From positions 341,786 through 405,785 of the forward strand of contig JAVKIP010000001.1 of the NCBI GenBank assembly GCA_031459385.1: DNA of 64,000 nt, read 5' to 3'. The stretch's first letter is position 1, and every line of letters starts with the position of its first letter. The notes under the pieces were generated by a model. That model ran no database searches, had not been told where the DNA came from, and saw nothing but the letters and a program-made list of their open reading frames with translations. A program made the position numbers and the translations under genes. Of this stretch, positions 28,123-37,592 are shown piece by piece. Source of the DNA: Candidatus Fervidifonticultor secundus (GTDB lineage Bacteria; Sysuimicrobiota; Sysuimicrobiia; Sysuimicrobiales; Humicultoraceae).

Positions 28123-30051
28123 TCATGGCGCCTTCAGCACGCCTTCTGGCCAGTGTACCCCCAGCAGCGATCCGAAGCCGGCCAGCGCCCCGACCGTGAG
28201 GGCGGTGTAGGCCACGGCCGCCAGCGGCCGCATGCGGGCCTCGCGCAGTGTCACCGCCAGCATGAAGCCACCGGCCGCCAGGTGGAAGCCCCCAAGCCAG
28301 ATCAGGGTGAAGAAGCCTCCCACCGTCACGAAGCCCGCCAGCCCGCGCCGCAGGATCGCCGGCGCCGGAGGGCCCTCGTCGCCGGCACCGGAGCGGCCCT
28401 GCAGGGCCCGGAGCACCTGGAGCGCCGCGAGCGCCAGCCCCGGGACCGTCACCATGAGCGGCATCACCGCCGCCCCCGGGACGAAGCTCCGGATCTGCGC
28501 GAGCGCCACGACGAAGATGCCGGCGACCGCGACGCTGAGCAGCACGTCGGCAGGCACCCGGCCAGGGGCGCCCTCGGCCGGCGCCTGACGGCGGCGCACC
28601 CATCCCACCAGAGCCCAGACGAAGGGGGCGACCAGCACCGCGCCGATGACGAGCACGCCCGGGCGGGCAAGCCACGTCCAGCCGTAGAGGTTGTGGGTGA
28701 CGACGAAGTAGCGCTCCATGGGGCCGGCCAGCACGAAGCCGATGAGCAGCGGCGCCCGCGGCCAGCCTGTGTGGCTCATCGCCCAGCCCAGCAGACCCAG
28801 CAGGAAGAGCGCGACCAGGTCGCCCATGTCCTGCGTGGTCTGGTACGCGCCCAGCGCAATGGTGATCAGCACCGGCGCCGCCAGCCGGGCGAAGGGTACC
28901 TGCGTGAGCCGGGCCATGGCCGGGCTGGCCGCGAAGCACAGCCCGGCGCCGAGCACGTTGGCCAGCGCGTACGACCAGATGATCACGTAGATCAACGACA
29001 GGTGCTCGGTGACGATGCGCGGGCCAGGCAGGATGCCGTAGCGCAGCAGTGCGCCCACCAGCAGCGCCGCCGAGGCGCTGCCGGGCACCATGAACAGCAG
29101 GGTGGGGATGAGGTCCCCGGCGGCCACCGCGTTGTTGGCCGCCTCGGGCGCGATCACGCCGCGGATGTCCCCTTTGCCGAAGCGGCTGCGGTCGCGGCTG
29201 GTGGCCACGACGTGGCCGTACGCCATCCAGGTGCCGGCCGTGGCGCCCAGCGCTGGCAGGATACCTGCCCAGACGCCGATGAGCGCCCCGCGCAGGACGA
29301 GCCACCGGTGCGCCAGCACGTCCCGCAGGCCCTGCAGCCACCCGACGCCCAGGCTGGTCGTCGCCTCGGCGATGGCGCCGCCGCGCGAGAGCAGCGTGAT
29401 CACCTCGGCGAGGCCGAAGATGCCGAGCGCCACCACGACCAGCGGGATGCCGTCCATCAGGTAGAGGCGGCCGAAGTCGAAGCGCACCTGCGCCGCGGCC
29501 GGGGAGGGCCCGATCATGCCCAGCAGCAGGCCCACCAGCCCGGCCAGCAGGCCCTTGCGCGCCTCTCTGCCCAGCAGGCTGCCGGCGTAGGAGACGCCCA
29601 GCGCCGTGAGCATGAACAGCTCGGGCGAGCCCAGGGCCAGCACCAGCGGGCGCGCCACCGGGATGGCGAGCGTGAGCCCGAGCGCGCCGATCAGGCCGCC
29701 GGTCAGCGACGACAGGAACGCCGCCGACAGAGCGCGCGCGGCCTGGCCCTGGCGCGCCAGCTGGTGTCCCTCGATGACCGAGGTCGCCGACGCCGCCGAG
29801 CCCGGCGCGCCGATCAGCACCGACGTGATCGTGTCAGAGGTATGGACGACGGCCAGGGCGCCGGTCATCACCGCCGCGGCCGCGATGGCGTCGAGCTTGT
29901 AGATGTACGGCAGGATCAGCGAGACCGCCACGATGCCGCCCATCCCGGGCATGACGCCGACCACCAGCCCCGCCAGCACGCCGGCGAAGAGCAGCCCTAC
30001 CCGCGCGGGGTCGGCGAAGATCGCCAGCGCCGCGAGCGCCGCCTCACGCAT
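28123..30051 (-). CDS. tctA: TctA-TctB fused TTT permease (copy 2)
   Basis: GVMPGMGG, GAPGS, APEAANNA, LIPTLLF; clear paralog of 23617-25605. Confidence 0.9.
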   Translation of the reverse strand: MREAALAALAIFADPARVGLLFAGVLAGLVVGVMPGMGGIVAVSLILPYIYKLDAIAAAAVMTGALAVVHTSDTITSVLIGAPGSAASATSVIEGHQLARQGQAARALSAAFLSSLTGGLIGALGLTLAIPVARPLVLALGSPELFMLTALGVSYAGSLLGREARKGLLAGLVGLLLGMIGPSPAAAQVRFDFGRLYLMDGIPLVVVALGIFGLAEVITLLSRGGAIAEATTSLGVGWLQGLRDVLAHRWLVLRGALIGVWAGILPALGATAGTWMAYGHVVATSRDRSRFGKGDIRGVIAPEAANNAVAAGDLIPTLLFMVPGSASAALLVGALLRYGILPGPRIVTEHLSLIYVIIWSYALANVLGAGLCFAASPAMARLTQVPFARLAAPVLITIALGAYQTTQDMGDLVALFLLGLLGWAMSHTGWPRAPLLIGFVLAGPMERYFVVTHNLYGWTWLARPGVLVIGAVLVAPFVWALVGWVRRRQAPAEGAPGRVPADVLLSVAVAGIFVVALAQIRSFVPGAAVMPLMVTVPGLALAALQVLRALQGRSGAGDEGPPAPAILRRGLAGFVTVGGFFTLIWLGGFHLAAGGFMLAVTLREARMRPLAAVAYTALTVGALAGFGSLLGVHWPEGVLKAP

Positions 30052-30099
30052 GGCGGCACCGCGCGCCCGCGCGCGGCGACGGGCCGGGGGCGGGGCACA

Positions 30100-31242
30100 T
30101 CAGATCGCCTGTCCGTACTTCGTCTGCATCAGGTCGCGGATGAATTTCACGACGTCGAGGGTGACCCGCAGGCCGCGGTGGACCGTGGCCTCGACCTGAT
30201 CGCCGCGCAGCAGCGCGTAACCCTCCAGCAGCCGCCGTGCCTGCTCCTGGAACTCGCGGTCACGGTTCATCCGGTCGATGGCCTGGTGCAGCTCGCGCAT
30301 CACCTCGGGCGGCGTGCCCTCCTGCGCCCACAGGCCCCGGCCGTAGACCCAGGCGGCCGCGAACGTGGCCCGGAACGCCTTCCATCGCAGCAGCCCGTCG
30401 GGCCTCTTCCCGTGGAGCTGCTGGTAGACCTCGTAGACCGTGGGCAGGTCAGGTAGCGCGGGGTCGCGCACGACCTCGCCCTTCTCGTTGATGTAGCCCA
30501 GCGACATGAGCGGGATGGCCTTGCCCTCGCGCACGAGCGGCGCGACCTGCGTGACGTAGACGATCGTGGACTGGAAGTCCAGGTTGAGTTCGCCGCGCTC
30601 GAAGGCCAGCCGCGCCGGGCCCACGCCCTCGAACCCGAAGACGACGCGGGGATGGAGCCCCAGCAGTTCGTAGGCCAGCAGGGCCGTGACCACGTTGCCC
30701 GGCGGCGACGGGCTGCCCGCGACCAGGTCGCGCGCCCTGGCCAGGTCGGCGGCCGCGCGGATGCCGGTGCGGGGCGAGACATAGAAGACGCCGCCCGAAC
30801 CGCTGATCGCCACCAGCTTGAACCGCCGGAAGTCGTAGCGCACCGCGGGGTTCTGGATGATGTAGGCGATCTTGGAGCCCACGGGACTTGCCAGCAGCGT
30901 CAGCCCGTCGGGTCGGGCGTTGGCGGCGAACCAGTTGCTGCCGAGAATGGTGCCCCCGCCGGGGATGTTGCGGATGCGCACCGCGGGGTTGCCGGCGATG
31001 TGCTTCTCGAGAAACGGCGCAAACGCCCGGTTCAAGATGTCGGTGGGACCGCCCACGGCCGTGGGAACCACGATCTCGATGGTCTTCCCCGCGAAGTAGG
31101 GGGCCTGGCCCAGGGCGGGCACGCCCGCGAGCAGGGCCGCAGCCACTGTCACGGCCACGGGCACGGCCGGGCGCACGCCCCGCGCCACGGTCAGGGTCAC
31201 GCCCCGCGCCAGGGCCAGGGCCACGGTGGTCAGGGACCGCAT
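30100..31242 (-). CDS. TTT substrate-binding protein (TctC/Bug-like)
   Basis: YFAGKTIEIVVPTAVGGPTD, NIPGGG, RPDGLT; SD ggagg before ATG 31242. Confidence 0.88.
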   Translation of the reverse strand: MRSLTTVALALARGVTLTVARGVRPAVPVAVTVAAALLAGVPALGQAPYFAGKTIEIVVPTAVGGPTDILNRAFAPFLEKHIAGNPAVRIRNIPGGGTILGSNWFAANARPDGLTLLASPVGSKIAYIIQNPAVRYDFRRFKLVAISGSGGVFYVSPRTGIRAAADLARARDLVAGSPSPPGNVVTALLAYELLGLHPRVVFGFEGVGPARLAFERGELNLDFQSTIVYVTQVAPLVREGKAIPLMSLGYINEKGEVVRDPALPDLPTVYEVYQQLHGKRPDGLLRWKAFRATFAAAWVYGRGLWAQEGTPPEVMRELHQAIDRMNRDREFQEQARRLLEGYALLRGDQVEATVHRGLRVTLDVVKFIRDLMQTKYGQAI

Positions 31243-31247
31243 GGTCG

Positions 31248-33569
31248 TCACCTCCCGGAGATGAGCTTCCACAGGCGCGGCGGGGTGAAGGGCACGTCCA
31301 CGTGCCGGATGCCAAGCGGGCGCAGCGCGTCGGCCACGGCGTTGGCCACCGCGGGCAGCGTGCCGATCGTGCCCGACTCGCCGATCCCCTTGGCGCCCAG
31401 CGGGTTGAGCGGCGAGGGGGTCTCGAGGAACGCGCTGATGATTGCGGGCACGTGCGTCGCGCGGGGCATGGCATAGTCGGCGAAGGTGCTGGTCTGCAAC
31501 TGCCCGGCCTGATCGTAGACGACTTCTTCCAGCAGCGTCTGGCCCAGGCCCTGCACCGTGGAGCCGATGACCTGGCCCTCGGCCAGCAGCGGGTTGACCA
31601 GGCGCCCGGCGTCGTCCACGGCGACGAAGCGCAGGATGCGCACCTCGCCGGTCTCGCGGTCGATCTCTACCACCGCGGCGTAGACACCGTAGGGAAACAC
31701 CGGCCCCTGCAGGGCGAAGTACGTCACCGCGTGCAGGCCCGGCTCGAGGCCCGCCGGCAGCTTCGTGGGGTCGTAGGCCGCGGCCGCCACGTGCGTCCAC
31801 GGCACGGTGCGGGACGGGATGCCCCGGACGTGCAGCGCGCCGTCGGACCACTCGATGTCCTCCGCGGCCGCCTCCAGCAGGTGCGCCGCGATCACCGAGG
31901 CCTTCTCGCGGATCTTGCGCGCGCTCAACAGCACCGCCGAGCCGCCGGTGGTGGTCGACCGGCTGCCGAACGTGCCGATGCCGCGGGGCACTGCGGCCGA
32001 GTCGCCCTGCCGCACCGCAACCTGTCCCGGCTCGAGTCCCAGCGCTTCGGCCGCGATCTGGGCGAAGACCGTCTCGTGGCCCTGCCCATGGGCCGCCGAG
32101 CCGGTGCGCACGACGACGCGGCCGCCCGGGTCGACCGACACCTCGGCGCTCTCCCAGAACTGCGGGGCGGCACGCTCGACGTAGATCGCGAGCCCGATCC
32201 CCAGCAGCCGGCCCTCTGCCCGCGTCCTGCGCTGTTCCTCGCGCCAGCGGTCGTGCTCCAGGACCTCCAGGGCGCGGTCGAGCGCCTGCGCATAGTTGCC
32301 CGAGTCGTAGGTCAGGCCCAGCGGTGTCCTGTGGGGGAAGGCCTCCGGCGGGATGAAGTTGCGCCGGCGGATCTCCACGGGATCCAGACCGATCTCGTGC
32401 GCCAGCAGGTCCATCATGCGCTCGACGATCAACGCCGCCTCGGGCCGGCCGGCGCCGCGGTAGGGGCCCAGGGGCACTTTGTTGGTCGCCACACCGAGCA
32501 CCTCGACCTCGGCGGCCGGCACCGCGTAGGCACCGGTCAGCAGTGTCGCGGTGGTCACGGGCATGTTGGCCGTCGGCGGGAAGAGGTAGGCGCCGCTGTC
32601 GGCCACGATGCGGGCGCGCACGGCCAGCACACGGCCGTCGGCGTCGGCGGCCACCGCCACCTCGGCGTCGAGCCCGCGGCCCTGGTAGGTGGCCTGCAGG
32701 TTCTCACGGCGGTCTTCCAGCCAGCGGACCGGCCGGCCCAGGTCCATGGCCGCGACGGCCGCGGCTGCCGCCTCGGGCGGGAGCCCTCCCTTGACGCCGA
32801 AGCCGCCGCCCACGTCGGGGACGATGACGCGGATGCGGTCTTCGGGCCGGTCGAGCACGCGGCCGAGCTGCGCCCGCGGGCGATGGGGATCCTGCGCGGA
32901 GATCCAGAGCGTCAGCAGGTCGGTACCCGGATCGTACGCCGCCAGCGCGCCGCGGGGCTCGATGGGCGCGCCGGCGAGCCGCGGGATGTGGAAGGCCTGG
33001 CGCACGACGTGGGCGGCCCGCGCGAACGCGCCCTCGACGTCGCCGGCGGCACGCCGCCAGCGGGCCAGCACGTTGTCGGCGATGCCGTCGTGCAGCTGCA
33101 CCTCGCCTCGCAGCGCCTGGTGTGGGTCGACCACCGCCGGAAGCGGCTCGTACGCGATCTCCAGCAGGTCCAGGGCGTCTTCGGCCGCGGCGCGGCTCAG
33201 GGCCACGATGGCAGCCACCGGCTGCCCGACGTAGCGGACGCGATCGGTGGCCAGGATGGGGTGGGCGGCTTCGCGCGCGACCGCTGTGCCCTCCTGGGCG
33301 GCTACGGGCAGCGGCCGGACGCGCCCGGCCAGCGTCTGTCCGGTCAGAACCGCCACGACGCCCGGCGCGGCCAGCGCGCGGCGCGTTTCGACGGCGCCCA
33401 GGTGGGCGTGCCCGTGCGGGCTGCGCACGACGACCAGGTGCAGCATGCTGGGAAGGGCCAGGTCCCCGATGTAGCGGGCCTGCCCCCGCAGGAACCGCTG
33501 GTCTTCCAGCCGGCGCAGGGGCCGGCCGATCCACCGGCCTGCGCCGGGCCGCGTGGCTGGCGCGCTCAT
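31248..33569 (-). CDS. Xanthine dehydrogenase-family molybdopterin large subunit (CoxL form II-like)
   Basis: RLEDQRFLRG, RSPHGHA, VGGGFG, PYRGAGRPEA, HGQGHET, GTFGSRS, DDAG..NP, GAKGIGESG. Confidence 0.92.
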   Translation of the reverse strand: MSAPATRPGAGRWIGRPLRRLEDQRFLRGQARYIGDLALPSMLHLVVVRSPHGHAHLGAVETRRALAAPGVVAVLTGQTLAGRVRPLPVAAQEGTAVAREAAHPILATDRVRYVGQPVAAIVALSRAAAEDALDLLEIAYEPLPAVVDPHQALRGEVQLHDGIADNVLARWRRAAGDVEGAFARAAHVVRQAFHIPRLAGAPIEPRGALAAYDPGTDLLTLWISAQDPHRPRAQLGRVLDRPEDRIRVIVPDVGGGFGVKGGLPPEAAAAAVAAMDLGRPVRWLEDRRENLQATYQGRGLDAEVAVAADADGRVLAVRARIVADSGAYLFPPTANMPVTTATLLTGAYAVPAAEVEVLGVATNKVPLGPYRGAGRPEAALIVERMMDLLAHEIGLDPVEIRRRNFIPPEAFPHRTPLGLTYDSGNYAQALDRALEVLEHDRWREEQRRTRAEGRLLGIGLAIYVERAAPQFWESAEVSVDPGGRVVVRTGSAAHGQGHETVFAQIAAEALGLEPGQVAVRQGDSAAVPRGIGTFGSRSTTTGGSAVLLSARKIREKASVIAAHLLEAAAEDIEWSDGALHVRGIPSRTVPWTHVAAAAYDPTKLPAGLEPGLHAVTYFALQGPVFPYGVYAAVVEIDRETGEVRILRFVAVDDAGRLVNPLLAEGQVIGSTVQGLGQTLLEEVVYDQAGQLQTSTFADYAMPRATHVPAIISAFLETPSPLNPLGAKGIGESGTIGTLPAVANAVADALRPLGIRHVDVPFTPPRLWKLISGR

Positions 33570-34846
33570 ACGCCGGCCACGAGCAGGTCGAGCGGCACCT
33601 GGCTGCCGAGCCGCTCGGCGCCCGTTTCGGTGATGATGAACGTGTGGCCGAAGAACAGCCCCAGCAGCCCGTCGGGGGTGATGAGGTTCGGCTCCAGCAT
33701 CACCGTCATGCCCGGTTTCATCACCATGTCGTTGGGGTCGCCGTGCGCCCCGTCCACCCGCACGTCGGGCGCGTGCGTGACCAGATCCAGGCTGTGCAGG
33801 ATGATCGGCCGCGACTGGTAGCCGCGCGCGCGGAAGAAGCCGGCGTGCCGGGCCATGGCCTGGAACGTGTTGCCCGGCCGCAGCTCGGCCGCCAGCGTCT
33901 GAAACCCCGGCAGCACCACCTCGTCGAAGATCCGGCGGACGTGGCCGGTGGGGGGCCCGACGCAGATCGGCACGCCCATCTGGGCCGTGTAGCCCTCGTA
34001 GCCCGCAGCCACCTCGTTGAGGACGATGTCGCCCCGCTGCAGGCGCCGGCCCGAGGGCCGCGGGTTCCCGAAGACCATGCGCGGGTCGTCCATGGGCGTG
34101 GCGCCGACGATGACGAAGTCCAGCTCGCCGCCGCCCTGGAGCATGGCGGCGGCAGCCGCGGCCTTCAGCTCCCACTCGGCGGCCCCGGGCCGCGCGGCGT
34201 CGGCCATGGCCAGCAGAGCCCGCGCGCAGAGCTCGCCGGCCTTGCGCACGCGGGCCAGCTCCTCGGCGCTCTTCACCACCAGGAACTCGTGGAAGAAGTC
34301 GCCCACGAACTCCAGCGTGGCATCCGGCAGGGCCCGCGCCAGCGTCACGTACTGGTTCACCGGCAGATAGTCGTTGTAGCGCGGGTCGGCCACGGTGATA
34401 CCGATGCGTCCGCGCTCGATGCCCGCCTCCTTGATGCACGTGGCCAGCACCTCGCCGAACTGCCCCCGGGGGGCCGGGCGTACGTCGCGCACGGCCACGG
34501 CCCGGCGCGTGGCCTCGATGTGGGTGCCGCCCATGCCGTAGAGCAGCGTGGGCTCGCCCTCGCGAGGGACGAAGAGGTAGGTGCACATCGCATGCCACTC
34601 CCGGTGGTTCGCAAGCCACAAGACGCCGCCCCCGTACGACCAGTGGCTGGGCCCGCCGCAGACGATCAGACCATCGAGGCCCAGGCGCCCCATCTTGGCG
34701 CGCGTCAGGTCGAAGCGCCGCCGGTGCTCGGCGTCGGAGAAGCGATCGTAGACCGCATCGGTGTAGTACGGTGAATTGATGAAGTCAGCGAAGTGCCTGG
34801 GGTCGTCCAGCGACGTCCGCACGGCCTCGAACTCAAACGGTGCCAC
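33566..34846 (-). CDS. M24-fold protein with degenerate metal site (creatinase/EutD-like)
   Basis: FSDAEHRRR, VKSAEEL, GDIVLNE..GYTAQ, LHS, LEPN, FFGHT. Confidence 0.8.
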   Translation of the reverse strand: MAPFEFEAVRTSLDDPRHFADFINSPYYTDAVYDRFSDAEHRRRFDLTRAKMGRLGLDGLIVCGGPSHWSYGGGVLWLANHREWHAMCTYLFVPREGEPTLLYGMGGTHIEATRRAVAVRDVRPAPRGQFGEVLATCIKEAGIERGRIGITVADPRYNDYLPVNQYVTLARALPDATLEFVGDFFHEFLVVKSAEELARVRKAGELCARALLAMADAARPGAAEWELKAAAAAAMLQGGGELDFVIVGATPMDDPRMVFGNPRPSGRRLQRGDIVLNEVAAGYEGYTAQMGVPICVGPPTGHVRRIFDEVVLPGFQTLAAELRPGNTFQAMARHAGFFRARGYQSRPIILHSLDLVTHAPDVRVDGAHGDPNDMVMKPGMTVMLEPNLITPDGLLGLFFGHTFIITETGAERLGSQVPLDLLVAGV

Positions 34847-34897
34847 TGCTCACCTCCGCGCCATGGGGCGGGGCTCGCCGCCCGGGTCCGGGCTAGG

Positions 34898-35728
34898 TCA
34901 ATCGTCGCGGCCCTGGTACTGCCAGGGGGCGACCTTGCCTTCCAGCCACCGCAGCCCCTGCACCAGCGTCACGCCCAGCAGCGACAGGGGCAGGATACCC
35001 ACGAACATCTGGTCGATGCGTACGTGCTGTTGCGCCCGCATGATCAGATAGCCGATCCCCGAGACGGCCACGTAGAGATCGGAGATCAGCATACCGACCA
35101 ACCCACGCCCGATGGCCAGCCGCAGCCCGGCCACGATGAACGGCAGGGACGAGGGGATGATGACGTCTCCCCACAGGGCCCGCTCGGAGCTGCGGAACGA
35201 CCGGGCGACCTCCAGCAGCCGCGCTTCGACGCTCTTCACGCCCTGGTAGGTGTTGAGCAGAATGGGAAACAGCGCGAAGAGGAAGATGACGGCGGCCTTG
35301 GCCCGCAGCCCCAGCCCGAACCACACGATCACCAGCGGCATCAGGGCCACCGTCGGCGTGGAGTAGAGGGCGATCATCATCGGCTCCAGCGAGAGGTCCA
35401 GGACGCGGAAACGCGCCATGGCCACGCCCACGGCGACGCCGGCGGCGGCGCCCAGGCTGAGGCCGACGACGAAGACCTTCAGGCTCTCGCCGAGATAGCG
35501 CCCGAGCTCGCCCGAGCCGATCATCTGCACCGCCGCCCCGGCGATGCGCGAGGGTGGCGCGAACAGGAACGGGCTCATCCGCTGGCCCACGAGCTCCCAG
35601 AGCACGAGCACCACCGCCACGGCCGCCACGCGCACGCCGCTGTCGCGCAGTGCCTGCCGCTGTTGCAGCCGCGCCGCCGCGGCACGAGCCGTCGCCCGGC
35701 GTTCCAGTTCGAGGGCCACGTTGGACAC
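34898..35728 (-). CDS. NitT/TauT-family ABC permease
   Basis: APPSRI, P.VALMPL..WFGLG, LLEVARSF, IVAGLRLAIG; GTG start inferred. Confidence 0.9.
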   Translation of the reverse strand: MSNVALELERRATARAAAARLQQRQALRDSGVRVAAVAVVLVLWELVGQRMSPFLFAPPSRIAGAAVQMIGSGELGRYLGESLKVFVVGLSLGAAAGVAVGVAMARFRVLDLSLEPMMIALYSTPTVALMPLVIVWFGLGLRAKAAVIFLFALFPILLNTYQGVKSVEARLLEVARSFRSSERALWGDVIIPSSLPFIVAGLRLAIGRGLVGMLISDLYVAVSGIGYLIMRAQQHVRIDQMFVGILPLSLLGVTLVQGLRWLEGKVAPWQYQGRDD

Positions 35729-35747
35729 GGGTCTCACCCTCCCTGGC

Positions 35748-36515
35748 TCACTGGATCTCCTGACGCAGCAGCTCCCACAGGCGGGTCCGCAGCTCGCCAA
35801 ACGCGGGGTCGGCCCGCGTCGCCGAGAGCCGCCGTGGGCGGGGGAACGGGACCGGCACGATCTGCTTCACCCGTCCCGGTCGTGCCGTCAGCACAATCAC
35901 CCGGTCGCCGAGCAGGATGGCCTCGTCGATACTGTGGGTGACAAAGACGATCGTCTTCTGCTCTTCTTCCAGGATGCGCAGCGTCTCCTCCTGGAGGAGC
36001 TCGCGCGTCTGCGCGTCCAGCGCCGCGAAGGGTTCGTCCATCAGCAGGACCTCCGGGTCCATCGCCAGCGCTCGCGCCAGCCCCACGCGCTGCTGCATGC
36101 CACCCGAGAGCTGATACGGGTAGACGTGCTCGAATCCCTCGAGCCCCACCAGCTTCAACACCCGCTGCACCCGGGCCTCGATCAGGTCCCGGGGCGCGCC
36201 GGTGAGCTTGAGGCCGTAGGCGGTGTTGGCTCGCACGGTCTTCCACGGGAAGAGCCCGAAGTGCTGGAAGACCATGGCGACGTTGGGCGGCGGCGCCGTG
36301 ACCACGGCGCCGTCGATGGTGATCCTGCCCTCCGTCAGGGGCACCAGGCCGTCGAGGGCCCGCAGCAGCGTCGTCTTGCCGCAGCCGCTGGGGCCCACGA
36401 TGCACGCGATCTCGTTCTCGTAGACCTCCAGGGTGACGCGATCCAGCGCGAGCACCGCGCCGCCCAGAAAGGTGCGCGTCGCGTTCTCGACCCGGATCTT
36501 CACCCGTCCCGCCAC
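35748..36515 (-). CDS. NitT/TauT-family ABC ATP-binding protein
   Basis: GPSGCGKTT, LSGGMQQR, LLMDEPF, VTHS. Confidence 0.95.
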   Translation of the reverse strand: MAGRVKIRVENATRTFLGGAVLALDRVTLEVYENEIACIVGPSGCGKTTLLRALDGLVPLTEGRITIDGAVVTAPPPNVAMVFQHFGLFPWKTVRANTAYGLKLTGAPRDLIEARVQRVLKLVGLEGFEHVYPYQLSGGMQQRVGLARALAMDPEVLLMDEPFAALDAQTRELLQEETLRILEEEQKTIVFVTHSIDEAILLGDRVIVLTARPGRVKQIVPVPFPRPRRLSATRADPAFGELRTRLWELLRQEIQ

Positions 36516-36516
36516 G

Positions 36517-37572
36517 CTACTGGCACCCCTGCGAGGTCGGCACCGGCCCGCCCGCCCGGCGCAGCGCCTCGTTGGCGATGGACATGTCGAGGAGCTGGGG
36601 GGCCTGGTAGCGCTGCTTCATCTCGCCGCCCTCGTAGCTGTAGTCGATCGTCCACTGGATGCGCCTGGCGTCCAGGCCCAGGTTGCGCGACCAGACGCAG
36701 CGCGCGATCATCTGCGCGTAGGCGTATCCGGCGTCCATCTCCTCGGCGCCGGTGAGCTTCACCAACGCCCGCACCGCCTCGGCGCGGTTGTTCACGGCGT
36801 GCCGCACGGCCAGGATCGACGCGGCAACCAGGTCGATGATGGCCTCGCGGTTGCGCTCCACGACGCTGCGCATGGCGCAGTAGACGTGATACTGGTAGTG
36901 GGGCAGCGCATTCTGCAGGTCGAAGATCACCCGGGTGCCGGGCACCTGGCGCAGCAGCCGGCTGGCCTGCTCGTAGTGGAAGATGGCGGTGTCGGTCTGC
37001 CCCGAGATCAGCGACGGCACCCGCCCGGCCGTGGTGGTCTGGACGATGGTGACCTCCTCCGGCCGGAGGTTGGCCGCGGCCAGCACGGCCCGGTTCATGC
37101 GGTCGATGAACCCGCCGGGGGCACTGGACATGCCGATCTTCTTGCCCCGCAGGTCCTTGATGTCCTTGATGGGGTCGCGTGCGACCATGACCACCGGCAG
37201 CTTGGGTGCTCCGCCCCAGAAGCCCACCAGCGGCACGCCGTTGCCGAAGGCGTTTACGCAGTCCAGCGTGCCCACCTGCACGTCACCGGCAATGGCCGCC
37301 GTCAGCGCCCGCGTCGAGCCCTCGAAGTTCTTGATCTCCAGGTCGATGTTGAACCTGTCGGCGAAGCCGAACTCTTTGGCCAGCGCCATGGGCGTGTGCA
37401 CCACGTTGGGCGGCGCCACCGGCATGCCCAGCACGATCTTCCGCTTGGGCCCAGGCGCCGGGTAGGTCGGCTGTCCGGATCCAGCCGGGGCCGCGTGCGC
37501 GGCCGGCAGCACCGGGGCGACCGCCGCCGCCACCACCAGCAGGGCCACGAGCCGTCGCAGGCGTTCTCGCAT
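36517..37572 (-). CDS. NitT/TauT (NMT1/THI5-like) substrate-binding protein
   Basis: Signal peptide; IKDLRGKKIG; context with permease and ATPase; SD aggagga. Confidence 0.85.
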   Translation of the reverse strand: MRERLRRLVALLVVAAAVAPVLPAAHAAPAGSGQPTYPAPGPKRKIVLGMPVAPPNVVHTPMALAKEFGFADRFNIDLEIKNFEGSTRALTAAIAGDVQVGTLDCVNAFGNGVPLVGFWGGAPKLPVVMVARDPIKDIKDLRGKKIGMSSAPGGFIDRMNRAVLAAANLRPEEVTIVQTTTAGRVPSLISGQTDTAIFHYEQASRLLRQVPGTRVIFDLQNALPHYQYHVYCAMRSVVERNREAIIDLVAASILAVRHAVNNRAEAVRALVKLTGAEEMDAGYAYAQMIARCVWSRNLGLDARRIQWTIDYSYEGGEMKQRYQAPQLLDMSIANEALRRAGGPVPTSQGCQ

Positions 37573-37592
37573 CGTCCTCCTCCCTTCCCGCA

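Noticed and set aside
31248..33569. Form I aerobic CO dehydrogenase
   Set aside because: The active-site loop is PYRGAGR, not AYxCSFR, and there are no coxMS or accessory genes.
12823..33821. Very long alternative or antisense ORFs (e.g. 1015 aa at 12823-15870, 854 aa at 25635-28199, 977 aa at 30888-33821)
   Set aside because: They are Arg/Gly/Ala/Pro-rich shadows of real genes, expected from stop-codon scarcity at high GC, and carry no domain motifs.
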